A DNA stretch of 28,086 nt from Nematocida ausubeli. Its lineage: Eukaryota. The stretch lies in assembly GCF_000738915.1 (NCBI RefSeq), contig NW_026515637.1, positions 744,001 through 772,086 on the forward strand. Direction: 5' to 3'. Both the position numbers and the translations under genes were made by a program. The notes beneath the pieces were generated by a model. The model was not told where the DNA came from, ran no database searches, and saw only the letters and a program-made list of their open reading frames with translations. Below, in pieces: positions 10,513 to 20,660 of this stretch (its first letter is position 1; every line of letters starts with the position of its first letter).

Positions 10513-12111
10513 ATGAAGTTTTCTTCGCTTTCCATACTAGAGAGTCTGAAGAAGAATCTTGCAGAAAAGGGATTTGATGATATGACGCCTGTGCAGGAGA
10601 GTGTGGTGCCTCTGCTCCTGCGCCAACGGGACGTAGTGGCTGAGGCGGTCACCGGCTCTGGGAAGACACTTGCGTTTCTTGTGCCCCTTCTCCAGAGAGT
10701 GCTGGGAAAGAAGCGCCCAAAGAAGGCAGAGGGGCCGCGCGTGCTTGTTGTTGCGCCCACCCGCGAGCTTGCGCAGCAGATCCACCAGGCTGCGCTGTCC
10801 ATCTCTGGCGGCCTTGGAGTGAGCATGCAGTGCATCACTGGCGGCGCAGAGGTCGGCGAGATAGTGGCCCGCCGCGCGCAGGGAGAGAGCAATGCGGATG
10901 CGTGGCCGGATGTCATGATTGGCTCGCCTGGGAAGATTTTCGAGCTAAGCAGAGAGGGCGGAATGCCTCTCCGAGACGTGGAGCTGTTTGTTCTTGACGA
11001 GGCCGACAAAATGCTCTCCTTTGGATTCCGCAAGGAGGTGTCTGAGATGCTGCGCATGCTTCCGCGCGCAAAGCAGACTGCGATCTTTTCCGCCACGGTA
11101 TCTGAGAGCGTGCACGCGCTGGGCCGCCTGGGAATGCGCAGCCCCCTCTTTGTGTGTGTGAAAAACGCGCTGTGTGTGCCGGACGGGCTGCGCCTGCACG
11201 GGCTGTGTGTGCCGCCTGCAGAGAAGAGCGAGGCTCTGATGCGGGGAATACGCTCTCTCGGAAAAAAAATCATTGTGTTCTTTGCCACGTGTGCGCAGGT
11301 GGACTACTTCCACTCGCGGCTGCTGCAGACTGCTGGAAGAGAGGGCATGCCCACGTGTGTTCTGCGCCTGCACAGAAAGCTGCCGCAGACTGTGCGCGAG
11401 CAGACATACGCAGAGTATGCAGCTGTTGAGTCAGGAATTCTGCTGTGCACAGACATCTCTGCGCGTGGACTGGACTTCCCTGGGGTGACTGCTGTTCTGC
11501 ACTTTGACCTTCCGCAGGACCCAGTCACGTTTGTGCACCGGAGCGGGAGAACTGCGCGCGGCGGGCACGAGGGCCTGTGTCTGTTCTTCTGGATGCCCAA
11601 CGAGAAGGAGTATGTCGGGTTCATGCAGGCTCGCGGCGTGCCCATCAAGCCCCTGCCGGAGGAGCTTTTGTGCGCGCTGTCTCCTGCTCGCCCTGCGCAG
11701 GTGCGCGCTCCATTCGGCGCGCTGCGAATGCCAAAGGACCCGGAGCTGTGGCTGCCCGAAGATGTGGAAAACGAGCAGGACGTGGTTGCCTTTGTCTCGT
11801 ACATTCGGTCGTACAAGGAGCATCTGCTGAAGCACGTGCTGAACTACAAAGAGCTTGACTTCGCAGGGCTAACAGACCTGTACTGTCTGAAGCGCCTGCC
11901 GCACGTGCCTGAGATGCGGGGCGTGCACATTCCGCGGCTACCCGCCCTTCCAAAGAAGAAGGAGTGCGTGCCATTTGAGGTGGTTGAGGGCACAGGCCCA
12001 GAGGGCACCCCCGCAGAGGATGCGCCATGCTCTGCTCCTCCAAGAAAGGCCCCCGTTAGAAGAACGCGCCGCGCTAACATACCCAACATATACAAGCGAC
12101 AGAAGCGATAG
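10513..12111 (+). CDS. SPB4: DEAD-box RNA helicase Spb4/DDX55 (60S ribosome biogenesis)
   Basis: Q motif GFDDMTPVQ, AEAVTGSGKTLAF, PTRELAQQI, LDEADKML, FSAT, KIIVFFATCAQVDYF, TDISARGLDFP, HRSGRTAR, plus the Spb4-type C-terminal AFVSYIRSYKEH and LKRLPHVPE. ATG at 10513 follows AAATTTTC. Confidence 0.93.
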   Translation: MKFSSLSILESLKKNLAEKGFDDMTPVQESVVPLLLRQRDVVAEAVTGSGKTLAFLVPLLQRVLGKKRPKKAEGPRVLVVAPTRELAQQIHQAALSISGGLGVSMQCITGGAEVGEIVARRAQGESNADAWPDVMIGSPGKIFELSREGGMPLRDVELFVLDEADKMLSFGFRKEVSEMLRMLPRAKQTAIFSATVSESVHALGRLGMRSPLFVCVKNALCVPDGLRLHGLCVPPAEKSEALMRGIRSLGKKIIVFFATCAQVDYFHSRLLQTAGREGMPTCVLRLHRKLPQTVREQTYAEYAAVESGILLCTDISARGLDFPGVTAVLHFDLPQDPVTFVHRSGRTARGGHEGLCLFFWMPNEKEYVGFMQARGVPIKPLPEELLCALSPARPAQVRAPFGALRMPKDPELWLPEDVENEQDVVAFVSYIRSYKEHLLKHVLNYKELDFAGLTDLYCLKRLPHVPEMRGVHIPRLPALPKKKECVPFEVVEGTGPEGTPAEDAPCSAPPRKAPVRRTRRANIPNIYKRQKR

Positions 12112-12495
12112 ATGATAGCTGAAGAAACACAGCGCTATACAGTATAATAAATATGTTCACTGATATTGCTGTATACTGAAGGTCCGCATGTGCATACACA
12201 TAGTCTGTCCGTGTTTATTTATGCCTGAGCACACATTCTTTCTCTACATATATATGCTATGTGTTATTGCAGTGTTTTTTATTGGTGATATTCGGGTTAT
12301 ACCTCTGCATACTTATTATATTTTATGCGGAGTGCATTGAGATTAGAATAGACTTCTGGCTATATACTATACACGTGCTGTGCATAGACACGCTATGCAA
12401 AATACTTGGTCTGTGATATGGTATTCTAGAATATTTATTGTTTGCAATCCTTGCTATAATACGCTGCAGGGTTTTAGTTCATGTGTCTGCTGCTT

Positions 12496-13800
12496 CTACA
12501 GAGTACTCTCTTCTGTAGCTGCTGGCTGTGATGCATTTTCCTCCTGCGGTGCTTCTCTTGGGCTTCTTGGCGCCCTCACAGGCTTCTGCGTCTTCTCCGG
12601 GTGCAGTGTTGCAGTAACATGCAGCAGAACTCCCTTTAGCCCGCTGTGGTGCCGCGCTGCCAGAACTGTGCTCATGTATGTCTCCAGCGCAGCCAGGCTC
12701 TCTGGCGCGTCTTTTAGCGCGCGCACTGCCTGCTTCGCGACTGGTGTGAACGCATGGAGGTTGATCTTCTCTGGGCGGATCTTTCCAAGCACAGACAAAA
12801 GCCTCTCCTTGGGCAGCCGCGCGATCCCCATGCCTCTCAGGGAGTGCACTGTGCATGCCTTCTCTGTCAGCGCGTATATGCACAGCTTCTCTATCGCATG
12901 CACTGTCTCGCTGCTCTCTGGAAGCGTCTGCAGCGCGGACAGGAGTGCCTGTGCATACACAAAGTCGTGCACGCCCGTGCGCATGCTCTGCACGTACTGC
13001 GACGTGGCCTCCACAAGAGCCTGCTCTCCGCGCTGTGTTCTGAGCACTGCAAGCCCAAGCGCGCGCACCTTCTCCTCTGGAACTGTCTCTTTGTGCACCT
13101 TCTTGTATATAGCGAGCACTCTCTTCCACACGGGCAGCGGAGACTCGCATCTCTTTGCCAGCACGCACAGCGCCTCTGCTCGCACTGATATGTACTCGCG
13201 CAGTGCCTCCCGGCTCTTCTTTGTTCCGGAGAACAGGAAGATCTGCTTCTCCATGCGCTCTTCCTCTCCTGGCCCAAGCCCCTCTGTGTCGGGGAAGAAC
13301 CTCTCCATCTCCCTCTGCACAAGGGCTGCAACGGCTGCGTCCTCTGCTGGCGCGTGTGCAAGCAGAACCCGCCCCACGTGCTTCACATTCGCGTGCTCTG
13401 CGTCTATGGCAAGCGTGTATGCATACTCCAGGACTCCTTCAGGCCCTCCTGCATACAGCGTGTGTCTGTGTGCATGCAGCACACTGTTTAGCACGCTCGT
13501 GCACACGTCTTCTGTGCCTTTGTATCCTGTGAGCATCTCCAGCCGTGCGCGCAGCTGCTCCATGCTTCGCGTTGTTTTCAGCACGGTCTGCACTGCCTTG
13601 TTCAGCGCCTTTCCCTCAAGCTGGCCAGTCTGTGCAAGCACCTCGTCTATTCCCATCTGCGCAAGCTCCTCCTGCGCGATTCCCCGGTCTGCAAAGTGCT
13701 GCACCATGCCTGCTGGAAGGCCAAAGCCTCTTTTCCTCTCCTTGCCGCTTGCTACTTCTGTGCTGTTTTCTCTGTTGCTTTCTGCAGCCTGTATTTCCAT
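12496..13800 (-). CDS. 434-aa Ala/Leu/Glu-rich alpha-helical hypothetical protein
   Basis: ATG preceded by AATATTTTTGCAAAA on the minus strand. Natural amino-acid composition, GC-rich codons like neighbouring SPB4, disordered termini. No family recognised. Confidence 0.8.
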   Translation of the reverse strand: MEIQAAESNRENSTEVASGKERKRGFGLPAGMVQHFADRGIAQEELAQMGIDEVLAQTGQLEGKALNKAVQTVLKTTRSMEQLRARLEMLTGYKGTEDVCTSVLNSVLHAHRHTLYAGGPEGVLEYAYTLAIDAEHANVKHVGRVLLAHAPAEDAAVAALVQREMERFFPDTEGLGPGEEERMEKQIFLFSGTKKSREALREYISVRAEALCVLAKRCESPLPVWKRVLAIYKKVHKETVPEEKVRALGLAVLRTQRGEQALVEATSQYVQSMRTGVHDFVYAQALLSALQTLPESSETVHAIEKLCIYALTEKACTVHSLRGMGIARLPKERLLSVLGKIRPEKINLHAFTPVAKQAVRALKDAPESLAALETYMSTVLAARHHSGLKGVLLHVTATLHPEKTQKPVRAPRSPREAPQEENASQPAATEESTL

Positions 13801-14528
13801 TTTTGCAAAAATATTCCGCAGTGCTTCTATAGCAGTGCCGAGTCTGCCTATACACAGTGCAGAAGAATAAGAAAAAAGAGAGGAAAAAGAAAAAGAGATG
13901 TAAGATCCTAATATGCTCTCTACAAAGACTAGTATAGCGAATAAAAATGTGTCAATATATACTGCCTATTACAGTGGCAGGAATAACGCAAAGCCAGAAA
14001 GAAGCAGTGGTTCATTGAATCCTTGCAATAAGCGCAGTGCATATTTATTTCCGGTTATAAGCACGTGACAAATACTAAAACTGCAGCAGTATGCGTGCAC
14101 ACCTGCTGAATAGTACATTCTTCTCTGAATGTTCTGGAGAACCTCTGCACACTCTGCATCCATGTGTGAGCGAGGCAGGGTACTTTGCACTAGATTGTGA
14201 GCAAGGTGAGACATCTTCAGCGGCCTTTTGTGCTTGAGAAGACATTTTGGCAGCCACACTTTGAGTTTTTCATTCTGTAGGTGTATGCACAGAAAAATAC
14301 TGTTTGGCCAAATTATCTTTATGTTCTCTGAAAAGCACAGCAGCTCTGTTTAATCTGTTATAACACATGCTCTTTTGTCTGCACTCTCTGCTGCACTCTA
14401 TATACTGTATTGCATCTGCACGCTTGCACTCTATAATGTGTCTGGTGTGCTCCAAGCAACTCCTATTGTATTTGCACTTGTCTGCGCCCTTTGGTATGCA
14501 CTTGCTCTTTCTCTCTTGTGTCCTTGGG

Positions 14529-14968
14529 NNNNNNNNNNNNNNNNNNNNNNNNNNNNNNNNNNNNNNNNNNNNNNNNNNNNNNNNNNNNNNNNNNNNNNNN
14601 NNNNNNNNNNNNNNNNNNNNNNNNNNNNNNNNNNNNNNNNNNNNNNNNNNNNNNNNNNNNNNNNNNNNNNNNNNNNNNNNNNNNNNNNNNNNNNNNNNNN
14701 NNNNNNNNNNNNNNNNNNNNNNNNNNNNNNNNNNNNNNNNNNNNNNNNNNNNNNNNNNNNNNNNNNNNNNNNNNNNNNNNNNNNNNNNNNNNNNNNNNNN
14801 NNNNNNNNNNNNNNNNNNNNNNNNNNNNNNNNNNNNNNNNNNNNNNNNNNNNNNNNNNNNNNNNNNNNNNNNNNNNNNNNNNNNNNNNNNNNNNNNNNNN
14901 NNNNNNNNNNNNNNNNNNNNNNNNNNNNNNNNNNNNNNNNNNNNNNNNNNNNNNNNNNNNNNNNNNNN
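14529..14968. other. Assembly gap (440 N) at the core/accessory boundary
   Basis: Run of N. Duplicated cassette copy 1 starts at the first base after it. Confidence 1.
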
Positions 14969-16860
14969 AAAATACAACAAGACACTGGAAAGAGAAGAAA
15001 AGGACAAAGTAGACAGATGCACAGAAATGAAAGAATAGACAGATAAATAGAGAATATGGATGTATTAATAGGTATATGCACTGATAGGCTAATAGAAGAA
15101 CCCCTTTTGGCAAAGTACTGTAAATATGTTAAGAATGCAAGCATATACGGATAACTTGTAAGGAAGGTAAGTAAGCTGGCACATAGTGTAGAAAGAAAGG
15201 AAAATAATCCGATTGACCGCCCCTCTCATATAATCTGAATATATATGTACATTATCACTAAGTTTTGTGCAACTCTTTAATTTTAATTTTATATTTTTGC
15301 CAGGCATACCATAGAAATAGCTAGAAATCTAGAAGAGCACAATATCAAACAAGAAATCTAAATGATCTATAAAGTATATTAGCAGGAAATATGAAAAAAG
15401 CATGGCGAGCACAAAGAAGTCGAGCAAAGAGTCTATAAAAGAATACGTGATAATAGCCGCTGGTGTATTAGTAATACTGTCAATGGTGCTATACACATGC
15501 GTAAGCACATCGCCCACCCGAGACAAATCGCAGGAAGGTCCATTAAGTGTAATAAGCGAGCCGGAGACATCTTTTGCGGATCCAGAAAATAGCGCAGTGT
15601 ATAAAAACAGAGAGCCCAGTGAAGAAGGAAGTAAAGAAGCAGGCACAACAATACCATTTGAGCAATTGGATGATAGAATAGGTGCAGAGCATACTTCTAC
15701 GTCTTTAGACATGTATGCACCAGATGAACACAGCAATTCTTCTTCTACAAAAGAAGGAAAAGAAGAGGTGTATGCTGTGACGGATCAAATACACTATATA
15801 GTAGATATGCTTAAAACAGCGTGCAGCAAAAAGAGAGATACACTAGAAGAGATGGAGGGCGCTGCACGTTTGGCTTATGAATTTGTTACGAAAAACAATG
15901 AAGAACTACAGAGTATTAAAGAGAAGTATACTAAATATAGTTGTGATTACAATTTGGATTGTAAAAAAACAGATGTTCTAAAAGAAAAAATTGAAAGTTA
16001 CTACCGAAATCCAAACAATATAACTCGAATTCCAAAAGACGAAGATGCTGAATATGAAGCAGAAATGAAAGAGATTGATACGCTATATGAAAAGATCTGT
16101 GATACAAAAGAAGACAAGGAAAGAGCATTAGATGAATATATAAAAGCTGGCATGGTTGGAATAGACCTAGAAAAAAATTCGAATATATCGGGAGAAGACA
16201 CCTTGAAGCACTACTCACATGCGATAGAAGAGGAGAAAGCGCTGCTTTCTACTATAGAATGCGACTTAGAGCTATTTAAAATAATTTACAACAGAGATCA
16301 ATTGCTGTATTTAGTAAGAAGGAAAGAGAGATGGTATTATATAGAGGATGAGAATAAAACAAAGCTACTGGATGAGATAGTAGAATTACATAAAAACTGT
16401 ATAGAACATCTGCTTATTGAGATTAATAGTCTAGTAGATATGTTTAGTATACAGAAAAATGCGATATATATAGCAGAAGAAGTGTATAGCGCATATAAAG
16501 CGCATTATATGGCTACGTATATGTATACAAAAGAAGAGGAGCTAAGAGAATATATTTCAAGTGGATTTCAATCCCCACTTGAGACCTCGGTTTAGTCTTT
16601 GTCGCATATAACCCAAATAACTCGAATAACCAGCAGAGAATGCAGCAGTGCCATGTCTAAGCAGCCTTATGCGCTAGGAAGCAGAGTTCCTCAGGTCTCT
16701 AGGAATCGGATAATATGAAGTGTGTGCTGGCAGTAATTTTGAGCTGTGTGTAGTAATAACTAAACCTCTTATGCTATTTTTATTTTACTTTTACTAAAAT
16801 TTATTTATGACCAAGGATTTGAACTAGCTATAGATTATACTTGTAAAGAAGTACAGAGAT
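14969..16860 (+). repeat. Duplicated cassette, copy 1 (upstream region + 397-aa gene + downstream region)
   Basis: Colinear with 24019-26227. Shared blocks include AAGAATAGACAGATAAATAGAGA, CCCCTCTCATATAATC, ACATTATCACTAAG and GTAGTAATAACTAAACCTCTTATGCTATTTTTA, ending at TTGTAAAGAAGTACAGAGAT. The left end is cut by the gap. Confidence 0.95.
15402..16595 (+). CDS. 397-aa signal-anchored coiled-coil protein, paralog A
   Basis: Basic N-terminus plus TM helix YVIIAAGVLVILSMVLYTCV, a Ser/Glu-rich linker and a long charged helical region. Aligns without gaps to 24744-25937. Confidence 0.9.
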   Translation: MASTKKSSKESIKEYVIIAAGVLVILSMVLYTCVSTSPTRDKSQEGPLSVISEPETSFADPENSAVYKNREPSEEGSKEAGTTIPFEQLDDRIGAEHTSTSLDMYAPDEHSNSSSTKEGKEEVYAVTDQIHYIVDMLKTACSKKRDTLEEMEGAARLAYEFVTKNNEELQSIKEKYTKYSCDYNLDCKKTDVLKEKIESYYRNPNNITRIPKDEDAEYEAEMKEIDTLYEKICDTKEDKERALDEYIKAGMVGIDLEKNSNISGEDTLKHYSHAIEEEKALLSTIECDLELFKIIYNRDQLLYLVRRKERWYYIEDENKTKLLDEIVELHKNCIEHLLIEINSLVDMFSIQKNAIYIAEEVYSAYKAHYMATYMYTKEEELREYISSGFQSPLETSV

Positions 16861-17116
16861 GCTCTTTGTATGAGTAATGCTAGAACAAGAATTCAAATGA
16901 TCTATTTTATATAGAGATGATTTAAAGCACAAATGAGAGAAACATGTAAGAATTTAGATTATATAAGGCATAGAGTATCAAAGTGCAGGCTATCTTATTG
17001 CATGCAGTGAAGTTACACTCATTGCGTATGTTTTATTCTGGGCTTCCATAAATATCAGAGATGTTATATATGCAGCAAAATTTCAAAAGATAAATATTTT
17101 AATTTAGATAAGAGCT

Positions 17117-20100
17117 ATGGGATTAGATATAAAGTTAGAGAGTAAAGAAGTAGCAAAAAAAGAATTAAGAATACATAGAATAAAACAAGAGGAAAAGAGG
17201 AGAGATACCAGGAGAGCAAAGATGTGCATGCTTATTGGGCTGGCTATACTGTGCCATTTATGGGACAGAATACTGACAGTAGATGGGCTAAGAAGTGTCT
17301 ATATAATGGCAGATCATATTAATGAAGAAACAGACAGCCTAAATAGTAAAATAAAGCCAGTGCTAAGAGAAGAAGCCAGCGATATTGCACTTATGCACAG
17401 CAAGAGATTTTTTTCCCCCGAGATAAAAATAGAGCACTCTATAACAGTTACTAAGGATGACTCTGAAGATAATTCAGAAAAAAATGTTCCAAAACACCCG
17501 ATATACACCTACACACGAAACCACAGGCAGGACAGAGTGCATCTCATTCTTCCGTATGAAGGGGTGTTGCTCAAGTACAAGCGAGCGTACTTTACCACGC
17601 TTCTCGAGCTGTTCCCCTCTATGCACGGGTATGTGTCCATATGGTCAGACAGAGAAGACTCTTTTTTTTCTTTTATTAACAGGGTAGATGTAAAAGAGCA
17701 TAAGCACAAAATACTTGCTTCGTTGCTGCTGCTTGCAGAGGGGATAGATGTACCTCTGGCAATTAGTGAGAGTGAGAGTAGAACAGTGCTGTTTCTGAAG
17801 AAGGCAGATGAAGGAGGGGAGCACTTTAGACTCAATATGAATGTAGTGGTTAAAACTGGCAAAAATGCAGAGTCTCTAGATGTGTTTAAAAGGGTGCTTC
17901 AGAAAAAGGCAATTGATGTGGTAAGGTTTTTTATACAGAATAGAGAAAATAGAGTTTTTACAAAAGAGGAAAACTCTTCAGAGCCATTCCTCTATAAACA
18001 GTTTGAGAAAGTCCAGTTTGTAAATAGTCCCGCCTTCCTTATACAGACTTATATACGCCACTGCCTAGAGAGTACAGAGGAAATAGCTTTATTTATTCAG
18101 ACTGTGCGGGATCTGCTAAGTGAGTATATGGGGCAGAAAAAAGCCAATTCAAAAAAGAAGCAAAGAATAAAAACACTGGCCATGCAGGCAAAGAGAATGT
18201 TTTCCCGATGCTTTATGTCAAGGAAGAAAAGACCAAATGATTCACAGTTCATGGATGCACCCCACCAGATCAAAGAAACACTGTACACCTATTATTATAT
18301 ACAATCTACAACAGATCTACTATATCTTGAGCCGGTTGCAGATGTTGTTCCTGTTCCAATGAAGATGAACAGTTTACTGTCTCTTTGTTTAAAGACTATG
18401 GGACTGTGTCTGCCTGCTGGGGAGAATTCCATTAATAATGGTATTTTAGAGCCCATTGCAGGATTTACTGACTATTGCGAGACTGTGCTGCTGGGCCTGT
18501 TCTGTACTATTGCGTATAACCCAAAGGAGAATATATTCACAGTTGACCACATAAACTCTGCCTCTAAGCAGCTGAAAAGCTTTTTCCGAAAACACAAATA
18601 CATGTATGGAGCAGTATCAAAGAAAATGCACGATGACTGGAACCAAGTGGTAGGGGGCCTGTCCAATCAGAACATACAATATATGCGGCCCGACAGAAAC
18701 CAGCTTGTGCAAGGAATAATAAACATGCTGCATGTCATTAAAGAGATAGCAGGAGTGGGTGATACAGTGCAGATAGATGAGTTTAGAGAAAGACTAAAGA
18801 GGATAGAGGAGGAGCAGAAGGTCCAGGAAGTAAAACTTATTTATAGAAAACTTACAAAAGATGCAAACAATACAGAAGAAAAGAAAAATGAAATGAAATT
18901 ACAAATATTAGGCGTGATTGATGTGAAAAGACTGAATAAAATAAGGGTCCTTGATGAGAAACTTAGAAAAGAAAAAAACAGAAAAGAAGCAGATGAAATC
19001 AAGCGAGAGATACACGAACTAATGGATATTGACTTGTTATATAAAAGTTATACTGAGCAAGAGGAGGTGCTGAAAACTGAACTAGAAAACAATATAAAAG
19101 AATATCTGACAGAAGTAATTACGAAAATTGCAATAGCTAAGGATGTCACTATTTCAATAGATTTCATGTTTAAAAAGACTGTTAAAGAAAGCTGTAGCGA
19201 TGCATTTGCCGATTTAACCATATTTTATGGACATGCATCTTATCGCCATTCTTTTAAAGCTTTTTTTAGGTATAACCCAAAAGTGATAGAAGTGGAGTGT
19301 AGCATCACTTCTAATGGATTTGATGCGCCATGCCGATTGGAGAACAAAATACCTGGGGTATTTGAGAGAAAAACGCCTATTCTAGAAATATATGAATTAA
19401 AGCGCAGTAGACGTTATAAACGAATAAAGATGATCGGGGCCACACTTTTCTATGTGGATATAACCCGAGATTTGGACATAAATCTGCTTGATATTCTAAT
19501 GCACATTCCAAAACACAAAATATATATTATATGGGCTCTATTGCTACATGCAATAGACAGAAATCTTGACAGCGACCACCCTTTTGTGCGCCTGGTAGAT
19601 AACCTCCTGGAGAGTGCTCGCTTCATGCGTATCGACCAAAAGAATGAAATGTTTATGCTGCTTAGCCTCATCTCAGTAGACAAGTACTATCCGCACATAA
19701 CCATAGACGAGCATGCGTATGGAAATGAAGAATATTTTGCAGAAGTAATAGAGAATCTATTGGAGTTGGCAAACAGTGCAACACTTGTGTCCCGCAAAGT
19801 GTGTGCTGATATAATAACTAAACTAATGATTAAGTTGTTGAGGACTTTCCGGAGAGATAATGTATATTCAGAATTGAAGTGTTTTGCTAGAAGGCTCAGT
19901 AATAGACTCGGTATACCCCGAAGATCTTTATTTGCCAAGATTTTGACACTGGATGGAACCACCATGGAGTATATTACTAAAATTGCTCAATTTGCGCAGG
20001 GAATGGGAAACGAAGATCCTGCTGATGGGTGTAAGGGATACATTAATGTGTTTTTGATGTGTATTATTCAGAATACAATTGAATATAGATGTAATTACTG

Positions 20101-20314
20101 GCAGGCTATAGTAAAAGGATGCTATGACTTAATTGACGTAACAGAACTCAGAAAGAGAAATTTTAGTGATCTTTCTCTTTTATTCAGGCGTGCTACAGGT
20201 CTATTACCCGTGTTTAGATTCATAAAACCTATAGTGTGCGTTGAGCATGATGCAGAGAGCGTGGAAAGGTTTAGATCAATTGAAGAACTATTTAATGAAC
20301 TTGTGCATTGGTAA
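17117..20314 (+). CDS. Nematocida large gene family (NemLGF1-like) protein, 1065 aa
   Basis: Shares ordered motifs with 20661-23387: KRFFSPEI, LLELFPS, ILASLLLLAEGIDVP, FVNSPAFLIQTYI, LLGLFCTIAYNP, WNQVVGGL, GIINMLHVIKEI, DHPFVRLVDNLL. Hydrophobic segment MCMLIGLAILCHLW (possible alternative start at ATG 17222). The family name is from recall. Confidence 0.85.
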   Translation: MGLDIKLESKEVAKKELRIHRIKQEEKRRDTRRAKMCMLIGLAILCHLWDRILTVDGLRSVYIMADHINEETDSLNSKIKPVLREEASDIALMHSKRFFSPEIKIEHSITVTKDDSEDNSEKNVPKHPIYTYTRNHRQDRVHLILPYEGVLLKYKRAYFTTLLELFPSMHGYVSIWSDREDSFFSFINRVDVKEHKHKILASLLLLAEGIDVPLAISESESRTVLFLKKADEGGEHFRLNMNVVVKTGKNAESLDVFKRVLQKKAIDVVRFFIQNRENRVFTKEENSSEPFLYKQFEKVQFVNSPAFLIQTYIRHCLESTEEIALFIQTVRDLLSEYMGQKKANSKKKQRIKTLAMQAKRMFSRCFMSRKKRPNDSQFMDAPHQIKETLYTYYYIQSTTDLLYLEPVADVVPVPMKMNSLLSLCLKTMGLCLPAGENSINNGILEPIAGFTDYCETVLLGLFCTIAYNPKENIFTVDHINSASKQLKSFFRKHKYMYGAVSKKMHDDWNQVVGGLSNQNIQYMRPDRNQLVQGIINMLHVIKEIAGVGDTVQIDEFRERLKRIEEEQKVQEVKLIYRKLTKDANNTEEKKNEMKLQILGVIDVKRLNKIRVLDEKLRKEKNRKEADEIKREIHELMDIDLLYKSYTEQEEVLKTELENNIKEYLTEVITKIAIAKDVTISIDFMFKKTVKESCSDAFADLTIFYGHASYRHSFKAFFRYNPKVIEVECSITSNGFDAPCRLENKIPGVFERKTPILEIYELKRSRRYKRIKMIGATLFYVDITRDLDINLLDILMHIPKHKIYIIWALLLHAIDRNLDSDHPFVRLVDNLLESARFMRIDQKNEMFMLLSLISVDKYYPHITIDEHAYGNEEYFAEVIENLLELANSATLVSRKVCADIITKLMIKLLRTFRRDNVYSELKCFARRLSNRLGIPRRSLFAKILTLDGTTMEYITKIAQFAQGMGNEDPADGCKGYINVFLMCIIQNTIEYRCNYWQAIVKGCYDLIDVTELRKRNFSDLSLLFRRATGLLPVFRFIKPIVCVEHDAESVERFRSIEELFNELVHW

Positions 20315-20660
20315 GAAAACTTTAATAAAGCTATTTAAAATTTGTGTGCTAATACTTGTTGCGTGTGAGTCTGTATAAATAGGCTGTTTAAATAAGGCAC
20401 TTAATAGGTCATTAAAGAGCAGTAACTATAATTGTGATACAGCTAGCTTAGCTATACATATCAATATTGTTAGTTGTTCACTGTATGTTTGCTAAGTATA
20501 AAATATTTTAATTCTAGCTGTGCTATGCGAAGAAGCCTTGTATAAAGTGCTTTAGCTAGAGTTCTTTAGAAATAATAGAGAAAAAGCTTTTATTGCAATT
20601 TATAAAGACTCTTCTAGTCAAAGAAGTGTCTAATCTTCTTCAGCAGATGAAGTAGCGGGG

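Noticed and set aside
12380..13870. 496-aa plus-strand ORF and many other ORFs overlapping SPB4, the transporter and the 434-aa gene
   Set aside because: Shadow ORFs. GC-rich codons suppress stops in other frames, the translations are Ser/Cys/Arg-rich, and many have non-ATG starts.
14270..15144. ORFs of 170-250 aa spanning the second gap
   Set aside because: Artefacts of translating N. The hydrophobic frame at 14354-14528 has an in-frame stop upstream and no ATG, so it cannot be resolved without the gap sequence.
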